NCBI GenBank assembly: GCA_001662655.1
Contig: KV460221.1
DNA length: 64,000 bases
Reading direction: 5' to 3' (one strand)
Source of the DNA: Pseudogymnoascus verrucosus
Lineage: Eukaryota
The translations under genes and the position numbers were made by a program. Positions 37,660 through 49,974 of the stretch are shown in pieces. The notes beneath the pieces were generated by a model. It searched no databases and was not told the DNA's origin. It was given only the letters and a program-made list of their open reading frames with translations. Within the stretch, counting starts at the first letter, position 1, and each line of letters begins with the position of its first letter.

Positions 37660-38622
37660 TTATTGCAGATTCTTTCTCAAAAAGTCAATCTGAACCTTAA
37701 TGTTCTCTTTAAAAGGTAGGCCTATGTAAACGCCAAAATGCCCGGTATTCCTTATAACATGCAGCTGCTTAGGCTCTAGAGCTTGCTGATATGCGGCTAG
37801 TTGATATGCTGTCGGAACGGTTGTATCATTCTCTGAGACAACCATAAGGAAGGGTGTTAGAGCGATCCTGTTAATGAAAGCCCTTAGTTTAAAGCTTAAG
37901 ATGTTGAACATTATCTGCAAAGTTACTTTGTTTTCCTAGTTTCCTCCACGCTTAGAAAGTCCGTTTATAAAGTTGTAAGCATCCGGTGTGTTCAAGACAG
38001 CAGGAGAATGACCGGTTTCTGCCTGCTTAAGGCTGTCTAGGATAACGGGTATCATCGCTAAAGGATTTCCAGCTTGTACATTTGTTCGATTAGCAAACAA
38101 TGCCGGCACCATTCCCGCCATAGGTGCGCTTTGAAGCTCTCCTGATACAAATGGAATTTGAGCAACAACAGCTTTAATGCGCCTGTCTATTGCTGCTGCA
38201 CAGATGACATTGCCGCCCAAGAGACTGCTACCCTAGTAGACTACCCTCTTTAGATCAACCTCTAGGTAGGAGACCGCGCTGTCGAAGGCATCAAAATAAT
38301 CTTTCACTTGCTGCGCAGGATTAATCTCGTTTCGTAGGAGTCCATCACTCTCTCCCTAATTACGATTATCATATACAAGCGTTGTCCAACCTTCTTCCTG
38401 GAAGCGTTCGGCGAAGCTATCGAGATGGTGATGTTTAATGCCAGAAAACTGCGGGTAAACTGCGTTAACTCTGCACCCATGGACGCATGCTGCTTTTAGG
38501 ACATGACTTACACCGTAAGACATGATGATATAAGGACTGCTTAGATTAGCTAGATAGAGCCACGCTCTTAGTGTCAATCCATCTAACGTCTTAAACTCAA
38601 CGTCACGGCGGTTTGGCGCCAT
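37660..38622 (-). pseudogene. Alpha/beta hydrolase (Af380/thiohydrolase-like), RIP-inactivated
   Basis: RRDVEFKTLDGLTLRAWLY, YDNRN*GESDG, *GSSLLGG nucleophile region, DRRIKAVVAQIP, ENDTTVP, GHF. Confidence 0.8.
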
Positions 38623-39464
38623 TTCGAAATAGTTTAGTCTTTAGTGATAGCTTCAATTAGATGCTTATGCTCGTTGATTCTCTTTTGTTTGTTTTCTGGC
38701 GCGTGGTTCAGGTTCAGGGAAGTTGGGAAATTAGATGTTAAATTCTCCGACTGCATTTATCCTACCCTCTAAGTTTTATGCTCGATTCAGTAACTTCAGC
38801 TCTTGCTTAAGAAGCGGAAGAAACAGCGATGGCAGCTGGCCGTAGTCAGGCATTACATTACAAGGTTCTGACATTTCCGTCGCATTGCTCGAAGGGTGAT
38901 GTCGATTCAATAGTTTGGTGCGTACACCTGTGAGTGCGATCTCTGGAAGGGAGACAACGTTCAAGTCGCGACTTGTTCAGATGGAACGGTTCCGTGAGTC
39001 ATTTGCCGCCATGCCTTGCCATGTCTTGCCTTGCCTTAACGCCAATACTGTACTATACGAAGGTTGGGGCCTAAGTAATGCGAGTGGACTCAGTCCGGGC
39101 TAGGCGCGGGGCTAGGGTTGCGCCAATCCCAAAGAAGACTGGCCCATATTTCCGCGCGAGACCTAGAACTACCGAGATGTTGGGTCGGAAATTTCCGACC
39201 TCCAATCCTACACCAATCGAAGGATCCGTAGTCGTGTGGTGCGGCCCAAAGCCCGCTGGCAACAAGCCGAGGCGTCAGTGAATCAGCTGGGTATTGCTAG
39301 TCAACTCCACAGAGCAGCTCTCTCCACAAAATTTGTAGCATGTAGGAGATAAGTTAGTGCTTGTTTTGATAACTGTACCACCCCCAGCTTTGGAGTACGG
39401 AGTATGGGGGGCGGGAAGAAATCTCATCGAAACTATGTTTGCGGGAACTAAGCGCATTCCCCAG

Positions 39465-40075
39465 ATTCATGCCTTATTGCTATGGCTGTAAACCTCACTC
39501 TTTCCGTATCGGTTCTTCCCTCGCGCTAACCTCCCTTTAGTTTCTATGGACCAGCAGTCAGTGTCCACTATATCTGTTCGGTTAGTTTTGTTTTAATCTT
39601 CGAACTGCTCACCGCTTTGGCATGAATACTTCTCAGAATAAAATCTCATCCAACCAAAACAGGTGGCGTTCCGCCGCATATCTACAGCGATATTGGTGGA
39701 TTTGATCGCCGGTTTTGGCTCGTTCTGGCAAATCGTCTGCTTTCGCCGCTGTCTGCCCCTTTTTTTTGGAGCTCTGCCTGATCTCTTTGGCCGTCGTTAC
39801 GTCGCATTGAGCGGTGCTGGATTTGTCATCATTGGCATGGTCCTTTGCGCTACAGCCCACAAAATGAATACGTTTATGTTCGCTAACACTCTTTAGCCGG
39901 GATGGCCGTCGCCGGTGTTGGTGCTGGTATCAACGAACTTACAGCGGTGGCCGTAACGTCTGAACTCGCCTCTACACCCAAGCGGGCAAATAAGTTGCTG
40001 TCCTAGTGTTCACAGTTCTGCTATTTTGCCCTGCTGTTCTCTAGGCCCAGCTCATTGCCTACCATAGTACCAGCA
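39465..40075 (+). pseudogene. TRI12-like MFS efflux pump 5' fragment, cut by a Fot1-like element
   Basis: FLWTSSQCPLYLF, GALPDLFGRRYVAL, GVGAGINELTA.AVTSELA..KR; frameshifts. Confidence 0.7.
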
Positions 40076-40079
40076 TACT

Positions 40080-41401
40080 AGGCGCGTGGTTCCAGCTAGT
40101 AGAGAATATGAGGGCAAAATATGGGGTTTTGGACTGCGACTTCTATAACTTTGACGAGACGGGCTTTATGATGGGTATAATATGCCCTGCAATGGTCGTT
40201 ACTCGTGCAGATCGCCGTGGCAGAGGCAAGGCAGTTTAGCCAGGCAATAAGGAAGCGATTGCCTGTATTAATAGCGAAGGCTGGAGTGTGCCTCCGTTTC
40301 TCGTCGTCCAAGGAAAGAATCACCTTGCAAACTGGTATACAGACGGCGGCCTCCCACCTAACTGGGTAATCAAACCGACAAGTAATGGATGGACAAATAA
40401 CGAGACGGGTCTTGAATGGTTAAAACACTTCGATAAGCATACTACTACTCGAGCAAAGGGTCCCTACCGAATGCTAGTCCTCGATGGGCTGAGAGTCACG
40501 AGTCGGCCGAATTCCAAGAGTACTGTAAGGCACATAATATTATTACTCTTGGACTACCTCCCCATTCGTCTCATCTTACCCAGCCACTTGACGTTGGGTG
40601 CTTTAGTGTGCTAAAGCGGGCATATGGTCAACAGATTGAGACATTTATTAAAGCCTATATCAACCATATCACGAAGGTTGAGTTCTTTCTAGCCTTTACA
40701 GCAGCATATAAGGAGGCAGTTACAGCCCAGAACGGTCAATCTGGGTTTCGTGGAGCTGGCTTAGTACCTTTCGACCCGCAAGCAGTGCTATCAAAGCTTG
40801 ACGTAAAGTTACGGACTCCAACTCCCTCTAGGGCCCCCTCTACCGACGTCGACCCTTGGGTCTCCCAGACCCCTTCTAACCCTACTGAAGCGCTTTCACA
40901 AACGACACTTGTTCGAAACCGGATTGCCCGTCACCAAGGGAGCTTGCCAACTCCTCTTTTTGAGACAGTTAAGGCGTTAGCAAAGGGTACGGAGCGTCTA
41001 GCCCATGAGAACACCCTTCTGTCTGCTGAGAACCGTACCCTTCGGGCAGCTAATGAAGCCCTCAGCAAGCGGCGAAGGGCTAAAAAGGCTCGCATCCGTC
41101 AAGGGGGTGCACTTACAGTCGAGGATGGACAGGATATTATAGCCCAGAAGGATGTAGATGAGCAGGTACGACGTGACGTACGTGCTGCAGGGGGTAGCCG
41201 CAGGGAGGGCCAACCGTCTGGACGGCGCTGCAGCACTTGCGGAAAGACTGGCCATAATGCACGAACTTGTCAAGACTCTATAGAGATACCTAGTTCGTCA
41301 GATTCTGAGCAGTAATATGTATTATAATATATGGTGGTTGATTTATTAGTATTCAGAGGTATATGCCAAGGAAAAGTGCGCGACTCGATGATAAACCACG
41401 T
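40080..41401 (+). mobile_element. Fot1/pogo (DDE_1) DNA transposon, 5'-truncated
   Basis: WFQLV..KYG, YNFDETGFMMG, NGWTNNETGLEWLKHF, MLVLDG, QPLDVG, C-terminal CSTCGKTGHNARTC knuckle; right end ..ACCACGT followed by TA. Confidence 0.88.
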
Positions 41402-42468
41402 TAGCTGAATTAAGCCGGCCAATACAGTGACATCATACCTTTGACATGGAGCCTCTCTACATACCAGACGCTGGGCCTATAAAACACCTAGCATAAAAGT
41501 AATCGCCACTGCGGCATCTCACGATGAAGTTTTCAACGCTAACTTATTGGACCGAGTACCTTTCACAGCCCTTTTCTCTCAAACAGGTAATGAAGCCGGG
41601 ATTCGCCCCTCTAGGCCATTCCTGCCGTTGGAATTGGATTTGATTGCGATCCTACACAACGCTTAAATTTCTTGTTCAAACTAGATAGTCTCGGCTATGC
41701 AAAACGTTAAAGACATGTGGAGGTTGAGGAGGTGGGCAAGGATTGGACTACAGCACGAAGGTGCGCGGCCCAAGTCCTGTCCGCCCTGGTACGTCACTTG
41801 GCCCGAACGGGAGCCCTAAGTACCGTGCGGAAAGGACTGGGCCACGCATCTCCGGATAGTAGCTTCATATGTTGTTCGAGCGGAGAACCCTGTGACTGTC
41901 TAGGAAGTGGTGAAGCAGGATCCTGGATCTGCATCAAGCTCCCCATGTAGTCTCCCCAGATCCCCAGATCCCCAGACCCCCAGTCCCTGTTCACTCCAAC
42001 GAATTATGTATATATACATAAGTTATAGCTTTGGAGAGTTTATTTACTACCTTATAGGCTTTAAAGTTGAAGAATTTTGCAACTTTTTTCGCAAATTGCC
42101 GCTCCTAAGTACCCTTTCATACGATTTACTATGTAATGTCACCTACTTTTTTTGCTGTGAGTGGACGCACTCGCTTCCTCCCGACGCTTCGCTCATAGTT
42201 GAATCCAACGATTATAGTGCAATTAAATATGTTACATGAGCTACAGATCTGGGTCCGGGGCTTTGTATTCAGCGTATTTAGCAGGCAACTCTTGAGACAT
42301 TGAGTGTATCTATCACACGTCTCTTTCTAACGTTTGCTGATGCTCCGAATTGAACGCGAATCGTGGTTGTCATATGCTGTATGCAGACTCCCCGCTCAAT
42401 CTTTTACTCGTCTCAACCCTTTATTTGGGTAAATCTTCCGCATCCCCATGCAGTCCCCCACTTTTCTC

Positions 42469-44207
42469 CTAGCATTCATCTCTCAGTAACCCTCCGCTTC
42501 CATGTAGCAATGCATTGCGCGTTTTCTCTTCCTGTATGCTTGCGATGAGACTGCTTCTCTTCCTGATGCGATCACCGTACTTGTAAAAGACAAAAGGGAT
42601 TGGAATAATCGCTATCTGAAGAAATCCAAGCAACGAACTGGCCCAGTTCGCGCCAAGGCTCTGGTAGAGACGTGATCCGATCAACGGCAATACACCCCCT
42701 AGCACGCTTCGGACGACCGTGTTGCTTGCCAGCGCCGAAGCGGCATACAGTTCGTACGTGTTTGCGAGGTAGGTCGTGGCATAGATGAACACTGCAATGT
42801 TCCCCGCGCCAATGGGCACTCCGGCTAGGATTGGCCAAATCCAGTGGATTCGCGTCGGCAGGCACGTCCAGGAGAACCAAAGCTGGCCAGTCGGGATCAG
42901 AACCGAGGCAATACATACGATACTCATCATGCATTCAGGTGGCGGGCTCCGCGTTCCCGGGTCTGGTTTGTGCGACCGGATCATCCGCTTGATCAGAGGC
43001 TCGGCCACAATCGTTAGAAAACCGCCCAAGCCGATGCCCAAGAAAGCCAACCCTGAAAACCCCAATGTCCAACCGCGAACCTCATGGAAGACGTAAGGAT
43101 AAGCGACAAAGCAGAGGTATAGAATACCGTAAATCAAGCCAATATAAACGTTGAAAAAAATTATGATCGGCTCCTGGAAAGTCATCTTCAAAGGACGGGA
43201 CAGGTTCACACGTAACATCTCTCTCAACGGGATATTCTGTTCATGTCGGCTCCACCAGCGCCCATCTCCAGTCTTGAGCCGAAGATCATTTGCTTGCCGG
43301 CGCAGGATCACTGGCGGATAGGTTTCCTTAATGCAACAAAGCATGGCAAAGGAGAACCCTGCGAATATCAGGATTAGCCAGTTTGTCCAGCGCCACCCCA
43401 GATATTGTGTGACAAAGCCGCCAATGACAGCCCCAAAGACAGGTCCGTTCAATGGCCCAATAGACCATATCGAATAAGCTAGCGCTCTGGATTCTTCAGG
43501 CACAACGTCCACCAGAATGCCGGGGGAGTTTGCAATGGACGCGGAGCCGGCCATAGCTACTTATCTCTCGTGGTTAGCAGTGGTTATATTTTTCTCCTCC
43601 GACAAAAACTCAAACACCACGCATTGGCACTCACCTCCGAGAAACCTTAGTACCAAGATCTGAGATATCGCTGTCGTGAAGTTACACGGAATCAGGAAAA
43701 CAATAAACATGAACATTCCCACGACAAGGACCACCTTTCGGCCGTATACCTCACCAAGAGGAGCAGACAACACTGCGCCAACAGCGAGACCGCAAAGATA
43801 TGTCGTAACCCCTAATGTCACTACAAAATTAGAGGAATGAAACTCTGACATGAGCTCCTGAATCCCAGAAGTGTACGTGGTCGAGTAGAGAACTCTGAAA
43901 ATAAGACCAAAAAAGAGGCCCGTCAGCAATTTGAAATTTGATTCGATCTCACGTATGTTGGATGACCTACACCAGCCACGTTGTCCAGGAGGCACATCCT
44001 ATCAAAAATGCTTTATACCACGTCGACCAATTCCTAGGATTTGCCGGATCATTGTGTGTCTTGAACGTCACTTCGAACTCTGGGGGGAATGAGGTAATTT
44101 CCATTCCGTATAGGAAAGAACAGGGCACAGCCTTGTCTAGTTTTGCCGCGGGCGACTTCCTCTTCTTTTCCGCTGAGTACTATCTTTGCTTTTTCGATGG
44201 ACGACAT
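42469..44207 (-). CDS. MFS multidrug transporter (DHA1 family)
   Basis: NDPANPRNWS, APLGEVYGRK, LRFLG, GPLNGPVFG, LGWRWTNW, KETYPPVIL, RPLKM..EPI, PPEC, AASALA, KYGDRIR; introns near 43555-43631 and 43890-43970. Confidence 0.85.
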
Positions 44208-45124
44208 AAAACGGTCTTTGCAACTTTGGGAAAGGAATTGTAAGAGAAGGTGGGCATTAAGGATCTATATATATAATTCCTGTAAACACCATTAAACTAG
44301 ACCCATATTGACTGTTCCGGTCTCCATAAGTAAGCATGGTCTTCATTTTGTAGATTATTTGCAAGTATTTATCAAACCACAGTAACTCCTAAGCGTGCTC
44401 CGAGCGGTCCCGCTGACTCCGCAGAACTGTTTCGCCAAACTAGAGGCACACGAACCCTGGTCAGAAGAATACGACGGCTTTCGTTGGCCGCTCGTATGTC
44501 CGTGCTTTTCCTTCAAATTCACATGACAATAGATCAGGGCGACGGGTTAGCCCCCCCCACATAACCGACATCCCTGTGAGCTGAAAACCCCATAGTAAAT
44601 CTGGCTGCTCGACTAAATTGCGAAAATCTCAACACTGAGTAAAGATAAGCCTGTTTAGACTCTTGATTTCCTTGCCTAGCGACTTCTCTTTCCAATATAT
44701 ACAGTTTCTTATTGGTAACTCATACAACGATCCATTTAATTACTACCAAGGCTATACCCCTCTGACCCTACCTGATTTGTGTGACGCATTTACGATACTT
44801 TAACAAATCCTTTTGGCCCCAAATTTGCGCAGAGATATGAATACTTCAGCATAAAATGGGCTCGGAATTTGCACAAGAGATATTGGAGCCAGAATTGCAC
44901 TCGGCTACAATTGCCGTTTTGACGGGCAATATCAGCCGATCAGCCACACTGAGGCTGAGAGATTGCTACAGATGACGTCGAATCATCCACACCGGCGGCG
45001 CTGGCACAGATTTTGTCAGCAAATTATTCAAAGACGAAGATGACATTCCCACTTCAAACAGCTAATGCACACATTTACAAGGGTTCCCGCATTATAGAAT
45101 TTTTCAAAATTAGCTTACAGATCA

Positions 45125-45684
45125 ATGTATATAACCGGATGATAGCGCTTTCCTCATCGACTGTAACTAGTCCAGCACACACTGAAACCATGTCTTCTAT
45201 TGGAGATAAATTCTCTTCGTCAAATTGTAGCTCACCAAACTCTACGGCAAGTGCTTGCTCAAGTTCAGACGTCGTCAGCGGCCTCTTCGCGCAAGTGATC
45301 CATGAGAGGACCTGCTTCGCGAGCAATACGTCGTCCAGAAGCTGGCCTTCAATTCTCTACATAGCATCCTTGTATGCATGGTCGTATGCCTCAGATTCAG
45401 TTGGGAGCTTTTTCAAAGCGTTACGGATAGCCTTTGCGGATCTTTTCCCTTTCAATGAATCAAGATGAAGCTGTGCAAGCAAGAACCTATGACTCGTAAG
45501 CATTGTTCACTCAGAGCTGGTAGTCACATACATTCCACTAACTGCTTTTACAATTTCGGCCTTTATTTCACTCTGAAATTCTGAACTGCTCTGAACGCAT
45601 GTAGGCAGCTGCAACATATGACCATCTAAGTACCTCTGTACGTCATGATCGCTTGCCCGATTCTCTAATATATAGCAGCGACAG
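45125..45684 (-). pseudogene. Fragment of a NACHT/ankyrin NLR-like gene (post-NTPase helical/winged-helix region)
   Basis: [68 protein letters not shown]. Confidence 0.8.
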
Positions 45685-46181
45685 CCTGGAGAGTACTCGA
45701 TATTTTATTGAGTCATGGAAAGCGCCAGGAGAAGATGGCCTACCAGCAATAGTGTGGAAGCAGACATGGCCAGCAGTTAAACACCACGTATTAGAGTTAT
45801 TCCGAACTTCCCTCGAGGAGGGAGCCCTGCCTAATCAATGGCGACATGCAAAAATCATTCCCCTTAAGAAAATGGGAAAGGAAGACTACAGGATTGCAAA
45901 GGCATGGAGACCAATCTCACTACTTGCCACCCTAGGCAAGATCCTAGAGTCTGTGGTTGCAGAGAGGATCTCTCATGCAGTTGAGACATACGGCCTTCTC
46001 CCAACCAACCATTTTGGTGCGCGTAAGCAACGATCAGCAGAGCAGGCACTACTGATTCTGCAAGAAGAAATATATGCAGCTTGGAGAGGTCGCAAGATTG
46101 TGAGTCTGATCAGTTTTGACGTCAAAGGAGCATACAACGGAGTGTGCAAAGAGAGACTACTGGAAAGAATGAAGGCTCGAG
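45685..46181 (+). mobile_element. Tad1-like LINE reverse-transcriptase fragment (N-terminal RT part)
   Basis: KAPGEDG, WRHAKIIPLKK, WRPISLLATLGKILE, HFGARK.RSA, SFDVKGAYNGV. Confidence 0.88.
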
Positions 46182-46874
46182 TGTTACGGCTCGGTGGAAG
46201 GATTCTCCGAGCAGGGTTCGGATGGTATTACAAGTAATATATAATTAGCGCCACCCTCGCCAACTCTCCTAATCCCTTTTCTCCCTATCCTTCTAGAATC
46301 GACGACAGCAGATTGCAAAGAGCTATAGCCTTTAATATAACAGAACTTACAATACGACCTATATGGCTCTTACATCTACTTTAACGAGGAGCAATTCGTT
46401 GTTTACACTCTTCTCGACGAGTAGAAGGTAGTGCAGGACAGACGTCTTAGAGCTCATATGTGCGTAGCACAACGAACAGAATGACTAATTTCTGCTGCAG
46501 TGAACCCAGCGACAGATGAATTGCCGTTTTAGCTGAGCTCGACTCCTTATGCGACTTTGGAGAATTAGCCCTTTTACTGTATCTACTACAGGCTACCTTT
46601 GTATGTACTAAGTCTCCTCTCGATACCCATTCGACATCTCGACACATATATTAGGCGTCACACCCGACTACATACCTAATACACACCGGATAGCTGAACT
46701 ACAAACTCCCTCCCAAGACCCTTACGGCATTACCACCATCTCCTAGCCTCCACCAAGCCAACCTTCACGATGCCTAAGTCACACTCGCTCCACTCGCACC
46801 ATGACTACCCCGAAGTCCTCTCAAACCCCTCCCATCTCACCTCCAACTCGCTACGTTACTACGACACCTTAACA
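46182..46874. mobile_element. Probable solo LTR without matching TSD
   Basis: TGTTA..TAACA termini; begins TGTTACGGCT like the LTR at 8762; the LINE frame stops and the permease frame starts at these ends. Confidence 0.6.
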
Positions 46875-47141
46875 CGCGTCTCTAGCGGTGAGCCCTGGTA
46901 CAGCGATGACAGGGAGCGGCATCAGAGTTTATGTAAGCGGTTCGCGGATAGCTTCAGGAGGGACCCAAATCGACGTACCATTAATCCAGCTATTAATTCC
47001 ACTAACCAATATAACCACGATGGTGCCTTAGATGCGCATAAGGCGGTATTAGCGACGGCGAACACGGCGCTAGCAAGAAAGTTGAAGGGGAGGCATCTGC
47101 AGATGATTGCAATTGGAGGGAGTATTGGTGAGTTGGGATGC
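46875..47141 (+). pseudogene. Amino-acid permease (Gap1-like APC family) N-terminal fragment
   Basis: DSFRRDP...LARKLKGRHLQMIAIGGSIG followed by a GTGAGT donor. Confidence 0.8.
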
Positions 47142-47364
47142 TGTGAAGCGTAAGCCTAGGGTCTCACGGGAGTCCAGGGAACCAGGTCAGGAGGCAGGAA
47201 GGGTATCGTATTCAGTAAGCACAATAGGTCTACGTAGATACAGCGACTATTGACTGGAGGCCTCAGTCCTACGCCTCCAGTCCCTTTTATGTTGGGGCTC
47301 CTGCTTTTACCGAGCCCTACCGTGTCCTGCACGTGGGGGCGTCCTCACGTGACGCCCCTTTACA
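47142..47364. mobile_element. Candidate short solo LTR
   Basis: TGTGAAG...CTTTACA imperfect inverted termini; interrupts the permease intron; no TSD. Confidence 0.4.
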
Positions 47365-47459
47365 ACAGGCCAGGCAAGCCGCCCACAGGAGCGAGCACCA
47401 CGAGCAGCACAGCATAGGAACGTAGCATGGAAAGGTTGCAGCGGAGAGGGTGGAGTTAG

Positions 47460-48200
47460 AGGGGAGCATAAGGTTAAGTGATAAAGGGGTAAGGTGAGAA
47501 TGGTTATATTATTCCCAGGTTACATATAGCGCACGCGTTCGATGGCGCATAGGGGGTAGTTACCCATGACAGTTCCAACGGTGCAATCGTTTGTAGGATT
47601 GGAGCAGAGATGAGAAAGTTGGTAGACGAGTTTTGACGGCAATGAGGGGTGGTAAGTAATGGGGGTGAGAAGAGGATAACATGCCCAAGTTATATACAGG
47701 GCGTCCGTGTAATAGCAAACGGGGGGTGGTCGTGCATAAGGATTCCAACGGAGTAATTGATGGTTGAATCGGAGTAGAGATGAGAAAGTTGTGGCCGGTT
47801 TTCCAAAACATAAGGGGTGAGGGGATAGGGGGACAACATTCCCATATCATGCACAGGGCCGGCGTTCGATAGCAGATGGGGAGTAGTTCGGCATGGAAAT
47901 TCCAAGGGTGTAATTGTTCACAGGACCGGAGTAAAGATGGGAAAGTTAGGGGTGGGTTTCGACAGCCAGAAGGGGTAGGGGGTAGGGAGAAAAGAACAAC
48001 ATTCCCAGATTGTATAGAACATGCACTTTCAAAAGCGTATGGGGGGCAGTAGTGCATGGCGTTTCCAACGGTGCAATCGTTCGCAGGATTAGAGCAGAGA
48101 TGGTAAAGTTGTGATCGATTTTCGAGGCATAATAGGGGAGTGATGGGAGGTAAGGTGAGAACAGAGATAGCATTTCCAAATTACGCGCAGAGTTAAGGTT
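47460..48200. repeat. Degenerate tandem repeat, ~157-170 bp period, ~4.5 copies
   Basis: TTCCAA(C/G)GG..AATYG..GAG(C/T)A(G/A)AGATG..AAAGTT recurs at 47573, 47743, 47900 and 48063. Confidence 0.75.
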
Positions 48201-48246
48201 CAATAGCGGAGAGGTGTAGGTGGGTATTGCCAATCAAGCGGTATAA

Positions 48247-49140
48247 TTATTCCCCATTTTGGATAAGCAATTCAGCGATATCCTGTCGATTGAATCTAAC
48301 CGTGTGACGTAACGGTGTCATATTGTCAATATCCACTAAATTCGTTGGCGCACCGAGCATCAGAAGTTTCTTCACGATGTCAAGTGCGCAATTCACATTA
48401 ACGATCGCGTGGTGTAATAGGCCCTTCTGCTGGATATCAATGGTTGTGGGGCTGGCGCCGTATCTTAGCAGGAAATGGATTGTTCCTGTTTGGGCTTCTG
48501 CGATCGCATATGACAGAGGGGTCCGGCCGTCGTTATCTTTGAAATCCAGGTTAACACGGCCGGTAGCCATCAGGAGCTCAACCACAGTCTGATGCCCCCT
48601 TTCCGTTGCGTAAGACAGTGGCGTCCGGTTCTTGTTCCAGGATCCAGCGGACTTCGAGTCCGGATCAATGCCATCTATTCCAAGCAGCATCTCTACAGCG
48701 GCCGCATTCCCTTTCTCCGCTACCCACGATAACGGCGTTCGGCCATATTTCGCGTCTTTGAATTCGGGAACGACTCTGCCAGTATTGAGCAGCAGTTTGA
48801 CCACGGCGTCGTGGCCGTACATCGCAGCCAATACCAGCGGCGTCTCAGAGTTATCATCTTCAGCATCCGGGTCGACACCGTCCTGGGCAAGAAGCAACTC
48901 GACAACCGCTGCGTGTCCGAACATTGCAGCTCTGGACAGTGGCGTCCGGCTGGAATTGTCCCTTGAGTCTGGTACAACGCCATCCATATTAAGAAGGAGC
49001 TTGACGGTGGATTCGTGTCCATTTCCTGCAGCATGCGACAACGGAGTTCGGCCTGATTTGTCCTTTGAGTTAATGCCAAAAATGTTCTGGGCAGAAAAAA
49101 GCGCGATAACGGCGTCATGCCCAGTCCTTGCCGCCCACAA
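48247..49140 (-). pseudogene. Ankyrin-repeat gene fragment (5'-truncated)
   Basis: About 8 ankyrin repeats of the GRTPLSHAAGNGHESTVKLLL type; no native start. Confidence 0.85.
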
Positions 49141-49834
49141 TGGGTTCTCGACGCACCCTCATCGTGACGCTGAGATCTTCAGCTACATCCTCAACGGAGA
49201 GCTGACGCACCGCGACAGCACGATCTAGAAGGGGAAGGAAGGCAAGGAGAGCGACGACTTCTACCGCATGAAGAGGGGAGATGTCCAATTCACCACTGGC
49301 GGAACGGGAATTGCACACTCGGAGGTCAATGAGAGCGATAAGCCGGTGCACTTTCTGCAGATTTGGGCCCTGCCCTGGGCGAGAGGTTTAACGCCACGGT
49401 ACCATACGAAGACATGTGATGAGGCCAAGAAGAGAGAGGCCTTCGTTCCTATTTTGTCCCCAATTGCTGCTGGAAAGGGTGCTGGCGCTGAAGACGAAGC
49501 GGCGGCTGTTCCAGCGATACCAGGGACAATTCCAATCCACGCCGATTTCGTCATGGCAGCAGGCATTATTGGCGCTGGGAAGAAATTAAACTGGAGTGTC
49601 CGCGGTGAAACGGATGCAAAGGCTGTTGTGAAGAGCAAGATCGACAGGAAGGTGTATATCCACCTCCCGATGACAAATGATGGGAAGTCCAAGATCAGAT
49701 TAGACGGCCGAGAAGACTCTGTTCTAGAGGAGGGAGACGGTGCGTTTGTCACTGGTGTACAGGCCGGCGATGTGCTTGGCTTTGAGAGCATTAGAGAGGT
49801 GGAGGCAGAGGTTATTGTTTTAGACAGCGATTAA
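49127..49834 (+). pseudogene. Pirin-family (cupin) protein, 5'-truncated with an in-frame stop
   Basis: GFSTHPHRDAEIFSYILNGELTHRDS, TAG at 49226-49228, GDVQFTTGGTGIAHSE, HFLQIW, EGDGAFV. Confidence 0.85.
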
Positions 49835-49974
49835 GCGGTCTAATTTGTTGCTAATGAATGTTATGATAGAATAGATGTAGCTAATGAAACTCTTACTACC
49901 GTCTTTAAGACCTGGTTTTTACTCAAGTGCTATATGTAGACAAATTCTCTTGACCCCGAACCCCCAACAAGCCT

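Noticed and set aside
45125..49140. NACHT and ankyrin fragments as one gene interrupted by insertions
   Set aside because: On the minus strand the ankyrin piece lies upstream of the NACHT piece, the reverse of NACHT-ANK order
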